From Candidatus Berkelbacteria bacterium (lineage in GTDB: Bacteria > Patescibacteriota > UBA1384 > XYA2-FULL-43-10 > 1-14-0-10-43-13), in NCBI GenBank assembly GCA_037143235.1, contig JBAWZC010000005.1, positions 1 to 63,833 on the forward strand: a DNA stretch of 63,833 bases, in the 5' to 3' direction. The notes below the pieces were generated by a model that had not been told where the DNA came from, ran no database searches, and saw nothing but the letters and a program-made list of their open reading frames with translations. Position 1 is the first letter of the stretch. Each line of letters begins with the position of its first letter. Below, piece after piece: positions 51,031-59,797 of this stretch. The position numbers were made by a program, and so were the translations under genes.

Positions 51031-52572
51031 TTATTTGAGAAACAACTTCGGTTTTGTTCTGCCAGAGTCTTCAGAGAATGGGCCAGAGCCAAATTCGAAT
51101 ATTTTAATTATGGGGTCGCAATATTTCGGGTCTGATCGATAAGAAACAGCATAATCAGAATTTGTTGACAGAAGGTGATTCAGGATTATTTCATGATATG
51201 TTTTCTCCATCTCAATTTTTTTGTTTTCCGCAAGCTCCATCCCAATTTTTAGTTCTAGCAATATCTGAACCATCTGATGTTGGTTCTCGTCCGTTAACAT
51301 GCCAAGCTTAAAGCTATGGATGTCGTTAGATTTATCGTTAAATAAAACCGGATCTATCTGCTCGGGAAAAATATTGCCACCTCCGACCATAACTGTGTCG
51401 TCTCTGCGTCCAAAGCAATACACGAAAGGTTGCTGGAATATGACATTGCTCGGTATATCTTTGTCGGATAGCATTTTTTTATAATCATACCCATATTTGG
51501 CTAATGCTCTCTCCATGTCACGGAATTTAATGACTCCGCCCCTGTCGTGAATGTTGTACCTGACGAGTGGTGTGGCGCTGCTGCTTGTAAAGCAGGTTTC
51601 CCCTCCTAGTGTTTCAATGAAATAGTTTTGTGTAACATACTGGAACAGCGTAGGAATAACTTCCGTGTTCCCAAAAAGCTCTTTTCTTAAATGCTCGTCT
51701 TGGAGAGACAAATCGCGTATTAAATTTGTGAGAGCTGATCCTACTCCCAATAACCCAAGATCGGTTGTGCCATATCCATCAATTATATCCGTAACGTTCG
51801 AAGCGTCTCCGGAAATTAAAGTGTTGATATATTGTCTCCATTCAACACCATGGCCTTCACCGGCGATAAACAATTTAAGGTTGAGTGCCTTTAGGTCAAT
51901 TTTTTCATCTTGCAGTTTGTCCAAAATAGTTCTTACAAAAGTAGGGTAGGAAAAAATAATTGTTTGATCGTAGTGCCCAGACAATTGTTTAATGGTTGCA
52001 ATAATATTTTCAATTTCTGATCCTGTGGTTGCTAATGTCATGCTGTACTTTTGGGTTAGCGGACGAAGTGCAACATTGACAGCTATTCCGGATGCGTAAA
52101 CACCCAGATTAAAAGCGTTGATTGCAAGAGTTTTTTTTGTGTCAACCTTCCAATATAGGTTCATGAACATATCGAAAATACCAATATATCCTTCTTCTTG
52201 GGCATAATATCTTGGCCATACAGTGGGTTTATCGGTTGTCCCAGAACTCAGTGAGAATGAATAAAGATTCTTGCCTGCCTTTGCAGAATTAATTTTGTCA
52301 AAACCGTATTTTTTGACATAATTATCTTTATCCATAATAGGTAACTTTAAAAAGTCCTCCATGCTATCAATTTTTTCTGATTTTATATCCATGGAATTGA
52401 GAAAGTCGCGATATGCTTCAGTCTCCAATAGTGCCTTCTCGAAAACGTTTATGGCAGTTTTGTTCTGAATTTGTTCCCACGCTTCCGCTGGAATGCTCGA
52501 AAAAAATGCAATTGCTTTCTTCGGGTCGGCCATTATTTCTCGCATATCGGGTGCTTTTTGTTCTTCTGCCAT
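51031..52572 (-). CDS. Adenylate-forming enzyme, PaaK/F390-synthetase-like
   Basis: SLSSGTTDKPT matches the (S/T)SGTTGxP AMP-binding P-loop. The size and layout fit the PaaK/CapK family. Confidence 0.65.
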   Translation of the reverse strand: MAEEQKAPDMREIMADPKKAIAFFSSIPAEAWEQIQNKTAINVFEKALLETEAYRDFLNSMDIKSEKIDSMEDFLKLPIMDKDNYVKKYGFDKINSAKAGKNLYSFSLSSGTTDKPTVWPRYYAQEEGYIGIFDMFMNLYWKVDTKKTLAINAFNLGVYASGIAVNVALRPLTQKYSMTLATTGSEIENIIATIKQLSGHYDQTIIFSYPTFVRTILDKLQDEKIDLKALNLKLFIAGEGHGVEWRQYINTLISGDASNVTDIIDGYGTTDLGLLGVGSALTNLIRDLSLQDEHLRKELFGNTEVIPTLFQYVTQNYFIETLGGETCFTSSSATPLVRYNIHDRGGVIKFRDMERALAKYGYDYKKMLSDKDIPSNVIFQQPFVYCFGRRDDTVMVGGGNIFPEQIDPVLFNDKSNDIHSFKLGMLTDENQHQMVQILLELKIGMELAENKKIEMEKTYHEIILNHLLSTNSDYAVSYRSDPKYCDPIIKIFEFGSGPFSEDSGRTKPKLFLK

Positions 52573-52696
52573 TTTAAACTCCTATAATAATATTAATCTG
52601 TACTCTTATGTTACATTATTTGAAGAAATAATACATCTTTTTGGGTATTCTGTAAATATCTAAATATATCGGCGCATTTCGGACTGTAGGAAAATC

Positions 52697-54010
52697 TTAC
52701 ATGTCGGCATTGCTGGCCTTTTTTTGCATGAAAAAGGCTGCGACTACACCAAATATGGTAAAGATTGCAAGAATCGAAAATGACAATCTATACTGTACTA
52801 CGAGCCCGGCAATCAACGCAATACCGATCAGGCTGCCGAGTTGCTGCAATGTGTTCAGAAAACCTGACGCTGTACCTGATTTGTCAGTTGGCGCAGATCC
52901 AAGAATGGCGGCAAATAGTGTTGACATCAATATTCCACTGCCAGCGGATATCAAAATCATAGCAGGAAGTATGATTTGATAGTACGGTCGTGAAGGTGAC
53001 AATTGGGTTAAAGCCAGCATGCCCACAAGCAGTAAAACACTCGTTAGAAAACCACCGAGTCGCCAATCTTTTATTTGACCACCAATGCCCGCAAAGATGC
53101 CTGTGAAAATCGGAACAGGTAAAAAGGCAAGACCGGCCATAGTGGAGCTCCAGCCCAGAGTATCTTGAAGATAAAAAGTCAGGATGAAGCTCATGCCGAT
53201 CACAGCAACCATCGTGCAGAAACTGATTATGTTTGCGGCCAAAAAAGTGCGATTTTTGAATAGTTGAAAATCAAGAAGTGGTTGCTTTTGATTTTTCTCA
53301 TAAAAATACAGCAGTATGATTAGTAATAGTCCAATCGGCAAAAACCAAGTGCTGATCAGTGTGAGAGAGAGCACGATCATAGACAATCCACTCAAAAACA
53401 ATACTATGCTCAGGAAATCATATTTTTCGGCTGGCTTTTGCGGTAGCACTGGAATAAATTTCTGAGCAACTATGAGGCCAAAAATAACAAAAGGGATATT
53501 TAACAAAAACAACAAATGCCAGCCGTGCAAGCCATAAACTTCTAGACCTGTCAGCACACCGCCGATGAGTGGACCTACCAACATCCCACCGGCAAAAAAC
53601 GATGCGGTAACTGCGAAGGCTTTTTCTCGATCTTTCCATAGATGTGCGATGATCGCCATAGGCATTGTGTAGAGAATGGCAGTGCTAAGTCCCTGAATTG
53701 CTCGTAATATGATAATCACTACAGCATTATTGGAAAGCCCAAGGGCAAGAGAGGTGATGCCAAAAATAGACAAACCAATGATGTATAGTTTTTTTGGTCC
53801 AATCTGGTCTCCAACTTTACCCCAAAATATCAAAGTTGATACCAATATCAGGGTATAAATATTTGGGATCCACTGTGAAACACTGATCGGAATCGATAAA
53901 TCGCGGGTGATGGTCGGAAGGGCAACATTGATACCTGTAGAATCGATTGCGCCCAAAAAATCGGCGATAGCCAAACCAAGGAGTATCCAAAATAATTTAT
54001 TTTTGTTCAT
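52697..54010 (-). CDS. MFS transporter (drug:H+ antiporter-like)
   Basis: 12+ TM helices and a motif-A-like GKVGDQIGPKK. The start overlaps the ThiF-like stop by 4 nt. Confidence 0.85.
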   Translation of the reverse strand: MNKNKLFWILLGLAIADFLGAIDSTGINVALPTITRDLSIPISVSQWIPNIYTLILVSTLIFWGKVGDQIGPKKLYIIGLSIFGITSLALGLSNNAVVIIILRAIQGLSTAILYTMPMAIIAHLWKDREKAFAVTASFFAGGMLVGPLIGGVLTGLEVYGLHGWHLLFLLNIPFVIFGLIVAQKFIPVLPQKPAEKYDFLSIVLFLSGLSMIVLSLTLISTWFLPIGLLLIILLYFYEKNQKQPLLDFQLFKNRTFLAANIISFCTMVAVIGMSFILTFYLQDTLGWSSTMAGLAFLPVPIFTGIFAGIGGQIKDWRLGGFLTSVLLLVGMLALTQLSPSRPYYQIILPAMILISAGSGILMSTLFAAILGSAPTDKSGTASGFLNTLQQLGSLIGIALIAGLVVQYRLSFSILAIFTIFGVVAAFFMQKKASNADM

Positions 54011-54813
54011 TTTGTTGGGTCTAAAATTGCATCAGGATCAAATTCTATGTAATCAGGAGCTACTTTTACGGGCTCTCCGCAAGCTATTCTTTTGGCAGCC
54101 ATCACAGTCATAACTGCCAGAGTATAGCTAGCCGAAGCAGGTTGTGGGTAATGAAGGAGTTTGCCTTCGGCCATCTGCATAATTATTTTCTGGACATAAG
54201 GTGGCATAATTTTTGTAAAAAATTCAATAAATTTACCAAATGCTTCGTCATTGTTGATCTCGGCAACTGGGGTTTTCGGATCTAGACCGATCATCTTTTC
54301 GTAGCTGATTGAGTCCGGAGTAAATATTTGTAGCATTGCACCCCAGCCGACATCAGTGGGCTGAATAATAGATTTGTGTTCCTTCTGAGCTTCTCTATGC
54401 ATGGCAATTACGGCTTGGGCGGCGTCAGGGTCGATACTATCGATAATAATATCGGCTTTATGGACAAGTTTTTTCGCATTATGGATATCAACAAAAATCG
54501 GGTATTTTTTTATCTCGGCATGCGGATTGATTTTCTTGATGAGAGAAGCAAGAGCATTGACTTTAAATCGTCCAACATCATTTGCAAGATATGCTTGGCG
54601 GTTAATGTTCGATAATTCAACTACATCGCCATCAACTAATACGAATTTCTCAAATCCTAGTCGTGCGGCATTTAAAGCAATCATTGAGCCGACGCCACAT
54701 CCAGCAATCAAAAGTGATTTACTATCAATCTTTTGTTGTTCTTCTTCGGTTAATAGTCCCATGTTTCTAGAATGATGTTCGGTGTGGAAAGATAATTTGT
54801 CTAATTTGTTCAT
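54007..54813 (-). CDS. ThiF/MoeB/TcdA-family E1-like adenylyltransferase or dehydratase
   Basis: IAGCGVGSMIALNAARLGF...LVDGDVVELSNINRQ is a Rossmann/E1 signature. The 268-aa length and layout resemble TcdA. There is no C-terminal CxxC. Confidence 0.75.
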   Translation of the reverse strand: MNKLDKLSFHTEHHSRNMGLLTEEEQQKIDSKSLLIAGCGVGSMIALNAARLGFEKFVLVDGDVVELSNINRQAYLANDVGRFKVNALASLIKKINPHAEIKKYPIFVDIHNAKKLVHKADIIIDSIDPDAAQAVIAMHREAQKEHKSIIQPTDVGWGAMLQIFTPDSISYEKMIGLDPKTPVAEINNDEAFGKFIEFFTKIMPPYVQKIIMQMAEGKLLHYPQPASASYTLAVMTVMAAKRIACGEPVKVAPDYIEFDPDAILDPTK

Positions 54814-54856
54814 AGTAGAGCTCCGTCTTATTATTTTCTAGTTTTATGTTAACACC

Positions 54857-54884
54857 ATTATACATACATTCACAAAATATTTAA
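54857..54884 (-). promoter_or_regulatory. Candidate promoter for the ThiF-MFS operon (TTAAAT-16-TATAAT on the minus strand)
   Basis: The reverse complement reads TTAAATATTTTGTGAATGTATGTATAATGG. Confidence 0.3.
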
Positions 54885-54993
54885 CCATATATCTCATAAT
54901 ATCATCAAAAAGCCAAGAAAAGGGGTGGCAATTCATGATGTCTTGGTAATTTTTTAATGGCAACTTTCGAATTTGAAGTCTCTGAATTTGGTC

Positions 54994-55022
54994 TTGACGG
55001 CTTGTACGATTGGCTGTATAAC
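54994..55022 (+). promoter_or_regulatory. Candidate promoter for the ThyA-like operon (TTGACG-17-TATAAC)
   Basis: TTGACG at 54994..54999 and TATAAC at 55017..55022. SD AGGAG at 55064..55068. Confidence 0.4.
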
Positions 55023-55074
55023 TAAATTGTTTTATTGATGAATTTTTGCGTTTTTCCAATTACAGGAGTTGGAA

Positions 55075-55839
55075 ATGTATAAAATCATTGAACCGTTTGG
55101 CATCCATGTTTATGGAGAGTCAATTGGTGAAGCATGGCTCAGTTTGGTTCAAGCCGTTCTTGATAAAGGTGAAATTTGTTCCGATGAAGGAAGACTGAGA
55201 GCGGCGATTAGAAATGTTAGGATCCGAGCAGATAGTCAAAAACTTCCAGATAATCTTATTGAGAAATTTGGCAACCAAGAAAACCTCAAAAATATTTTAG
55301 AGCTTACTTTCAATAATGAGGATATGTTTGATATTGATATAATTCCAAGTTTTACGCCAAGAGAGAAAAAAAGCTACTATTACAGAATCAAAGAAGGCAG
55401 AATGGTTGATTTCGTTGTAGCAAGACTGAGTGAGATTCCAGAGAGCAAAAAGGCGGTAATTGTTTTTCCAACATGGGATGACTACAAAGCGGTTCTTAAG
55501 TCGCCGCAGGACGACTATCTACCATGTTTGGTCTCAGTGCAATTCAGAATGCAGCCTATGAAAGACAGTTGGGTTTTAGATACCGTTTTCAACGCTCGTT
55601 CAATCGACGCTTTTCAAAAATCTTATGCAAACTTATGGGCTATTGCAAAACTCTCGGAAATTGTTGCAGCAAAGATCGCTGAAAATAGAAAAGAAGAAAT
55701 CATAGTCGGCTCCTTGGATGGAGTAATAACTGACGCTCATATTTATAAAGAGACTTTTGGTTCAGCCCGTAAGACTGTTGATGATTGGTATAAGTTTGAA
55801 ACAGAACAATTAAGAGGGAAAGAAGTGAAAAATGTTTAA
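55075..55839 (+). CDS. Divergent thymidylate-synthase-fold protein (second ThyA-like paralog; nucleotide C5-modifying enzyme?)
   Basis: LPCLVSVQF aligns with E. coli APCHAFFQF (catalytic Cys). NARSIDAFQKSYANLWAIAKL aligns with [20 protein letters not shown], and DAHIYKE with DTHLYSN. The ATG at 55075 is preferred over the TTG at 55069. Confidence 0.6.
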   Translation: MYKIIEPFGIHVYGESIGEAWLSLVQAVLDKGEICSDEGRLRAAIRNVRIRADSQKLPDNLIEKFGNQENLKNILELTFNNEDMFDIDIIPSFTPREKKSYYYRIKEGRMVDFVVARLSEIPESKKAVIVFPTWDDYKAVLKSPQDDYLPCLVSVQFRMQPMKDSWVLDTVFNARSIDAFQKSYANLWAIAKLSEIVAAKIAENRKEEIIVGSLDGVITDAHIYKETFGSARKTVDDWYKFETEQLRGKEVKNV

Positions 55840-56605
55840 TTTAATGCACAATCAATCTGGTCGTTTCAAGATCACAGACAAGGACAATGAGGATGTTGAT
55901 CTGCTTCGACAATTAGATGAAATTTTTATAAGCAAAAAAGGATATGTAGTCAAAATGCCTGATAAAGGCTCAGTCGTCGCTGCCTGTATGTCAGGAGGAT
56001 TAGACTCGACAGCAAATCTGGCGATTTTGATGGAAGAATATGGCTATGAGGTATTCCCGTTTTTTATCAATCGAGGACAATCAGCATACAAGGAAGAGCG
56101 TGCAGCGGTTGACTGGTATGATAGATTTTTCAAAGAGCGATACCCTAAACTTTACCACACAGTAACTGAAATAAGCGTGGCCACTCCTGCAGCCGAATAC
56201 AAAGATATGCTGAGAGATACGAAAAATGCGATGACTGATGATGAGCAATGTAAAAATATCTCGTATCCAGCCAGGAATCCGATAATTTTTCTCTCGGGTA
56301 TGGAATTTGCGTACTCTTTAAAATCAAAGGGGAAAGAAATAAAAACGGTTTTCGCTTCTCATGTTTCGTCCGATGGCTCTTACCATTGTTCACAGACATG
56401 GACAAGAGGGCTCAATCTTCAAATGTGTCAAATAATGAATGACTGGGACTGGCAATTTATCTCTATTCCAATTGAGACAGCTTTCGGTAATTATTTTGAT
56501 AAAGATGTATATATTAGATTCTGTCACGAACATGGCATTCCTTTGAAATATACTCGAACTTGCGTAAAAACAGGAGTTCCGTGCGGATCTTGTCCTCCCT
56601 GTTAG
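55832..56605 (+). CDS. QueC-like PP-loop ATPase (7-cyano-7-deazaguanine synthase family), ended by an in-frame TAG
   Basis: SGGLDST PP-loop, FINRGQSA (vs FNYGQRH), ARNPIIFLS (vs GRNLLFLS) and the C-terminal zinc cluster TCVKTGVPCGSCPPC. The start overlaps the ThyA-like gene by 8 nt. Confidence 0.7.
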   Translation: MFNLMHNQSGRFKITDKDNEDVDLLRQLDEIFISKKGYVVKMPDKGSVVAACMSGGLDSTANLAILMEEYGYEVFPFFINRGQSAYKEERAAVDWYDRFFKERYPKLYHTVTEISVATPAAEYKDMLRDTKNAMTDDEQCKNISYPARNPIIFLSGMEFAYSLKSKGKEIKTVFASHVSSDGSYHCSQTWTRGLNLQMCQIMNDWDWQFISIPIETAFGNYFDKDVYIRFCHEHGIPLKYTRTCVKTGVPCGSCPPC

Positions 56606-56712
56606 GAGCGCAGGAGGGCTTTTAAAGAATTGAAATTAGAGGACATTGACAATTATTTAAATGCGATGCCAAAAGAATTGCCTCATAGCTATAACTAGAA
56701 GAAAGGAAACCA

Positions 56713-57288
56713 ATGGATAAAACCATCAATCTAATGACTGGAAATCAGAGAAAAGTGGAAAGCTTGCAAAAAGCTGTAGCTCCTTACGGATATAATGTGG
56801 AAATTACCAAAGTAGAATTTCCTGAGATCCAATCAAATACTACTGCCGAAGTCGCTGCATTTGCTGCAAAATGGGTAGCAGATAGAATCAAGAAGTCATG
56901 CGTCAAAATGGATTCTGGTTTTTTTGTTAAAGAATTTGGAAGTTTCCCTGGGGTATATGTTCGATGGGTTGATGAGGGTTTGGGAGTTGAAAGATTTTTT
57001 AATATTCTCAAGAATACTGAAAATAAAAAGGCTATGATCACCTGCTCTGTCGCGTATTGTGAGCCAGGAGGTGAGCCAGTCACATTTTTTGGCAGTGCTC
57101 TTGGTAGTGTCCCTAAAAAATTAGGGGAGAAAGGTAGTTTTATCGATCGTCTTTTTGTTCCAGACGATCATAATCCTAGGGGGCTTACTATGGGAGAGCT
57201 GAGAGAATTAGACTCTGACGCAGTGACGGAGATATGGGGTCGTGCCGAAAAAGAGTTTATAAAATGGCTCTCGAAACGCGAAAGTTAA
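56713..57288 (+). CDS. Ham1/ITPase-family non-canonical NTP pyrophosphatase
   Basis: TGNQRKVES (TGNxxK), EIQS and MDSGFFV...FPGVY motifs. Confidence 0.7.
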   Translation: MDKTINLMTGNQRKVESLQKAVAPYGYNVEITKVEFPEIQSNTTAEVAAFAAKWVADRIKKSCVKMDSGFFVKEFGSFPGVYVRWVDEGLGVERFFNILKNTENKKAMITCSVAYCEPGGEPVTFFGSALGSVPKKLGEKGSFIDRLFVPDDHNPRGLTMGELRELDSDAVTEIWGRAEKEFIKWLSKRES

Positions 57289-57303
57289 ATATTAAACAAG
57301 GGG

Positions 57304-57912
57304 GTGAAAAAATTGTTTGTGTACATCGGCGGTGTCCCTGCAGTGGGGAAGACATCGATAATTCGAGAAGTTGAGAAGCTGGCACACGATCAGGGGATAC
57401 GGCTCGAGCGAATTATTGGGACTGGAATTATGTGTGAGTTGGCAGGCGTCTCAACAGTTGAGGAATTGAGACAGCTATCGGAAGAGGTGAGGAGAGCGCT
57501 TCGCCCGGAAATGAACAGGCGGATATACGAACAAGACCGTCAAGACCCGGCAACAATCAGAGTGTGCGATGGGCATTTCTGTTTCTTCGACTTAAGAGGC
57601 GAAGAATATGGTAAGCGCCAAATTCAGCCCTGGGACAAAGAACAGTTGAAGGCTATTGTTGTTGTACTGGCAAGCCCTCAAACCGTTTTACATCGTAGGA
57701 TGCGGGACGGTATCGGAAGGCCAGACAGGCAATTAAACCTTGAGTTCATCAAAAAAGAACAACAACTCGAGGTGCATATTGCGACAGTTCAAGCTCAAGT
57801 GCTAGGTATACCGATTGGCTTTCTGGCCAATGGTAGCAGCAAAAGAGTTGCCGAAGAAGCGGAGTTGCTATTGTCTCTGATCGAACAATGGATAGGATTA
57901 CCGAGGAGGTGA
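57304..57912 (+). CDS. P-loop (nucleotide/nucleoside) kinase-like protein
   Basis: Walker A GGVPAVGKTS and adenylate-kinase-like size. The start is ambiguous (GTG 57304, TTG 57313). Confidence 0.55.
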   Translation: MKKLFVYIGGVPAVGKTSIIREVEKLAHDQGIRLERIIGTGIMCELAGVSTVEELRQLSEEVRRALRPEMNRRIYEQDRQDPATIRVCDGHFCFFDLRGEEYGKRQIQPWDKEQLKAIVVVLASPQTVLHRRMRDGIGRPDRQLNLEFIKKEQQLEVHIATVQAQVLGIPIGFLANGSSKRVAEEAELLLSLIEQWIGLPRR

Positions 57913-57974
57913 CAAAGACCGACATCAACAAAAAATTCCATTCCGAAAATTAAATTGGATGGGATTAATAACAC

Positions 57975-58001
57975 AGGAGGTCAGCAGTTCGCTGACCTCC
58001 T
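57975..58001. terminator. Bidirectional hairpin terminator
   Basis: AGGAGGTCAGC-AGTTC-GCTGACCTCCT followed by TCTT. Confidence 0.65.
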
Positions 58002-58079
58002 TCTTGTTGATCAAAATAGGGAGCACCCTAAATGCAAATCGAAGAGAATTTTACAAAGCTATAAATTAGTTGGAAATGC

Positions 58080-58538
58080 TTATTGCGTGTCACTGGCACC
58101 AAGTGACATATTTACACTACCAGCGATCGGCCTAAAGCCATGTTTTTCATAAAAAACCACCAGCCAAGGGGCATCTGGCTCTGTGGTTAAGGAAACAATT
58201 GGAATCTTTAGCGCAGTTAGTTCCAGAGCAATATTTTTCAACAAATTTGATCCTATCTTTTGGCGTCGAAAATTTTCATCGACCATCAAATCCACGATGA
58301 TACCGTGCCTAGAGAAATCTGTTAGCGCTCTAACCGCACCAACGATTTCGTCACCAGCAATAGCTAGACAAATGATACTGGAGTTTAGAACAGTATTTCT
58401 GTTAAAGGGCTTTTGGTATTTAGGTTCGTAGAAATTAACTAGCTCGTCGAGATGTTCAGAGTAGTTATGTTTGAGTGTGGTGTATTTAATTTCTGTCATG
58501 TGGTTCCGTGATAGATTATTAATTTGTCGCTGACCCAA
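58080..58538 (-). CDS. GNAT-family N-acetyltransferase
   Basis: VGAVRALTD...IVDLMVDENFRRQKIGSNLL is acetyl-CoA motif A (R/Q-x-x-G-x-G/A-like). The start may be the ATG at 58499 (MTEIKY). Confidence 0.7.
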   Translation of the reverse strand: MGQRQINNLSRNHMTEIKYTTLKHNYSEHLDELVNFYEPKYQKPFNRNTVLNSSIICLAIAGDEIVGAVRALTDFSRHGIIVDLMVDENFRRQKIGSNLLKNIALELTALKIPIVSLTTEPDAPWLVVFYEKHGFRPIAGSVNMSLGASDTQ

Positions 58539-58695
58539 TTATATCAAAAATATTCAAAAAATATAATCGAAAAAAGCGTCGAGGTGAAACGGCGAGACTG
58601 TGAATATATTTTATAACAGAGCATATCAAAATATAAGAAAATTTAGCTGGTGATTGTTGCTGTATTTATCACCAAGAATCATATACAATACCAAC

Positions 58696-59721
58696 ATGAA
58701 ACTTAGCTTTAATATTTCAAAAAAGTATAACCACTTTTTCTTTGTTCAGACTCTCGCTGATTGGCATTTTTCCTGTCGCCAAGAGTACATTGATGATTGG
58801 CTCGCGAAGACTGGGCCACTGACTGGTAACGAAAAAAACTCGCTGGATGCATTTAGGGTAATGCTGCAAAAACATGGTTTTGGTGAGCTAAAAAACAGTC
58901 AAGCGGCAAATGTCTTTGATTTTTTCATGAGATTTGATGAATTTACGGACAAAAGTGTCTTTTCTGCTGATGAGATCAATATCTATTTAGCCGCTATGGA
59001 CGCTCTGGAGACACGATTTGAGAAGATCTGGGCTATGGGGCAGAATGGCTTAGTCCAAGCAAAAAAGCTTTTAGAGAATGTATTCGACCGAGATAAAGAT
59101 ATGATCTCTGGCGACCTCAAGAAATTATTTGCCAATCATATCGATCTGGATCGTTCGCTTGAGGTCATACTATTGTTGTCAACTGAGGACAGTGGCGCTG
59201 GTGCTGGTGGTGCAAACAATGGCCCCAATATTATTACTTTGGAGTGTAGTGGAACGCACGCAGCTGATTTGGGTTATCTGTTGTCGACCTTGTGGCACGA
59301 AATGATTCATTTAATCATGGCTGACTATATCTCTGAGGCAGCAACCCAAATGGAAATTAATGAGACTGCCATAGTGGCCTCAATTCAAGTAGAAAAGGCT
59401 GATTTTAAATACTTTGAGGAATTGGTCGCATTTTCACTCTTTTCTCCCATGAGCTTTCTGACAAGAAAATATTTTCACACCGATTTGTCGGGAAAGCTTC
59501 AGAGTGCTGTCTCGAAAAATGACATCCAGTGGTTGCTGCATGCGAAGTATGTTTTTGTGATGTATCTGATATATCTGAACGGACAATATCTTGAAGAATC
59601 TCTGAAAGGTGATCGATCGATACCGCCAGAAGAAATGGCGAAAGCATTTATCGAGAATCATCAAGTTGTTGACGATTATTTCCGCGATAATGGTGCTCGT
59701 CCCGAGTGGCTTAGTTATTAG
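58696..59721 (+). CDS. Hypothetical protein with an HExxH motif (WHEMIHL)
   Basis: Long ORF with the start set at MKLSFNISKK. No other motif recognised. Confidence 0.45.
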   Translation: MKLSFNISKKYNHFFFVQTLADWHFSCRQEYIDDWLAKTGPLTGNEKNSLDAFRVMLQKHGFGELKNSQAANVFDFFMRFDEFTDKSVFSADEINIYLAAMDALETRFEKIWAMGQNGLVQAKKLLENVFDRDKDMISGDLKKLFANHIDLDRSLEVILLLSTEDSGAGAGGANNGPNIITLECSGTHAADLGYLLSTLWHEMIHLIMADYISEAATQMEINETAIVASIQVEKADFKYFEELVAFSLFSPMSFLTRKYFHTDLSGKLQSAVSKNDIQWLLHAKYVFVMYLIYLNGQYLEESLKGDRSIPPEEMAKAFIENHQVVDDYFRDNGARPEWLSY

Positions 59722-59797
59722 CAAATCTTTTTTTGTCGTATAAATTAAAACCGGTCAGCGTCAATGCTGGCCGGTAGTAGAATGATATTTGGACTTC

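Noticed and set aside
52697-55068. Reading ThiF-like + MFS (+GNAT) as a microcin-C-like (MccB-MccC-MccE) peptide-nucleotide operon
   Set aside because: The E1-like protein is only 268 aa, with no N-terminal peptide-clamp (RRE) region. I found no SD-preceded mini-ORF ending in Asn between the promoter and the ThiF start or nearby. The 71-aa ORF 54844..55059 has no SD and overlaps both divergent promoters. I keep this only as a weak alternative hypothesis.
56603-56605. Genome-wide reassignment of TAG as a sense codon
   Set aside because: TAG terminates several well-supported genes at the expected protein ends (dut at 6022..6024, the GH1 glucosidase at 14375..14377, lspA, and the Nudix gene at 61438..61440). 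Any readthrough at the QueC-like gene would be local, not a code change.
46424-58538. Calling the 46-58 kb region a prophage or a known defence system (CBASS type IV, Qat, Detocs)
   Set aside because: The window has no phage structural, integrase or terminase genes. It has no CD-NTase or TGT-like partner for the QueC-like gene, no TatD or ATPase pair as in Qat, and no receiver-domain proteins as in Detocs. Only individual domain types overlap with those systems.
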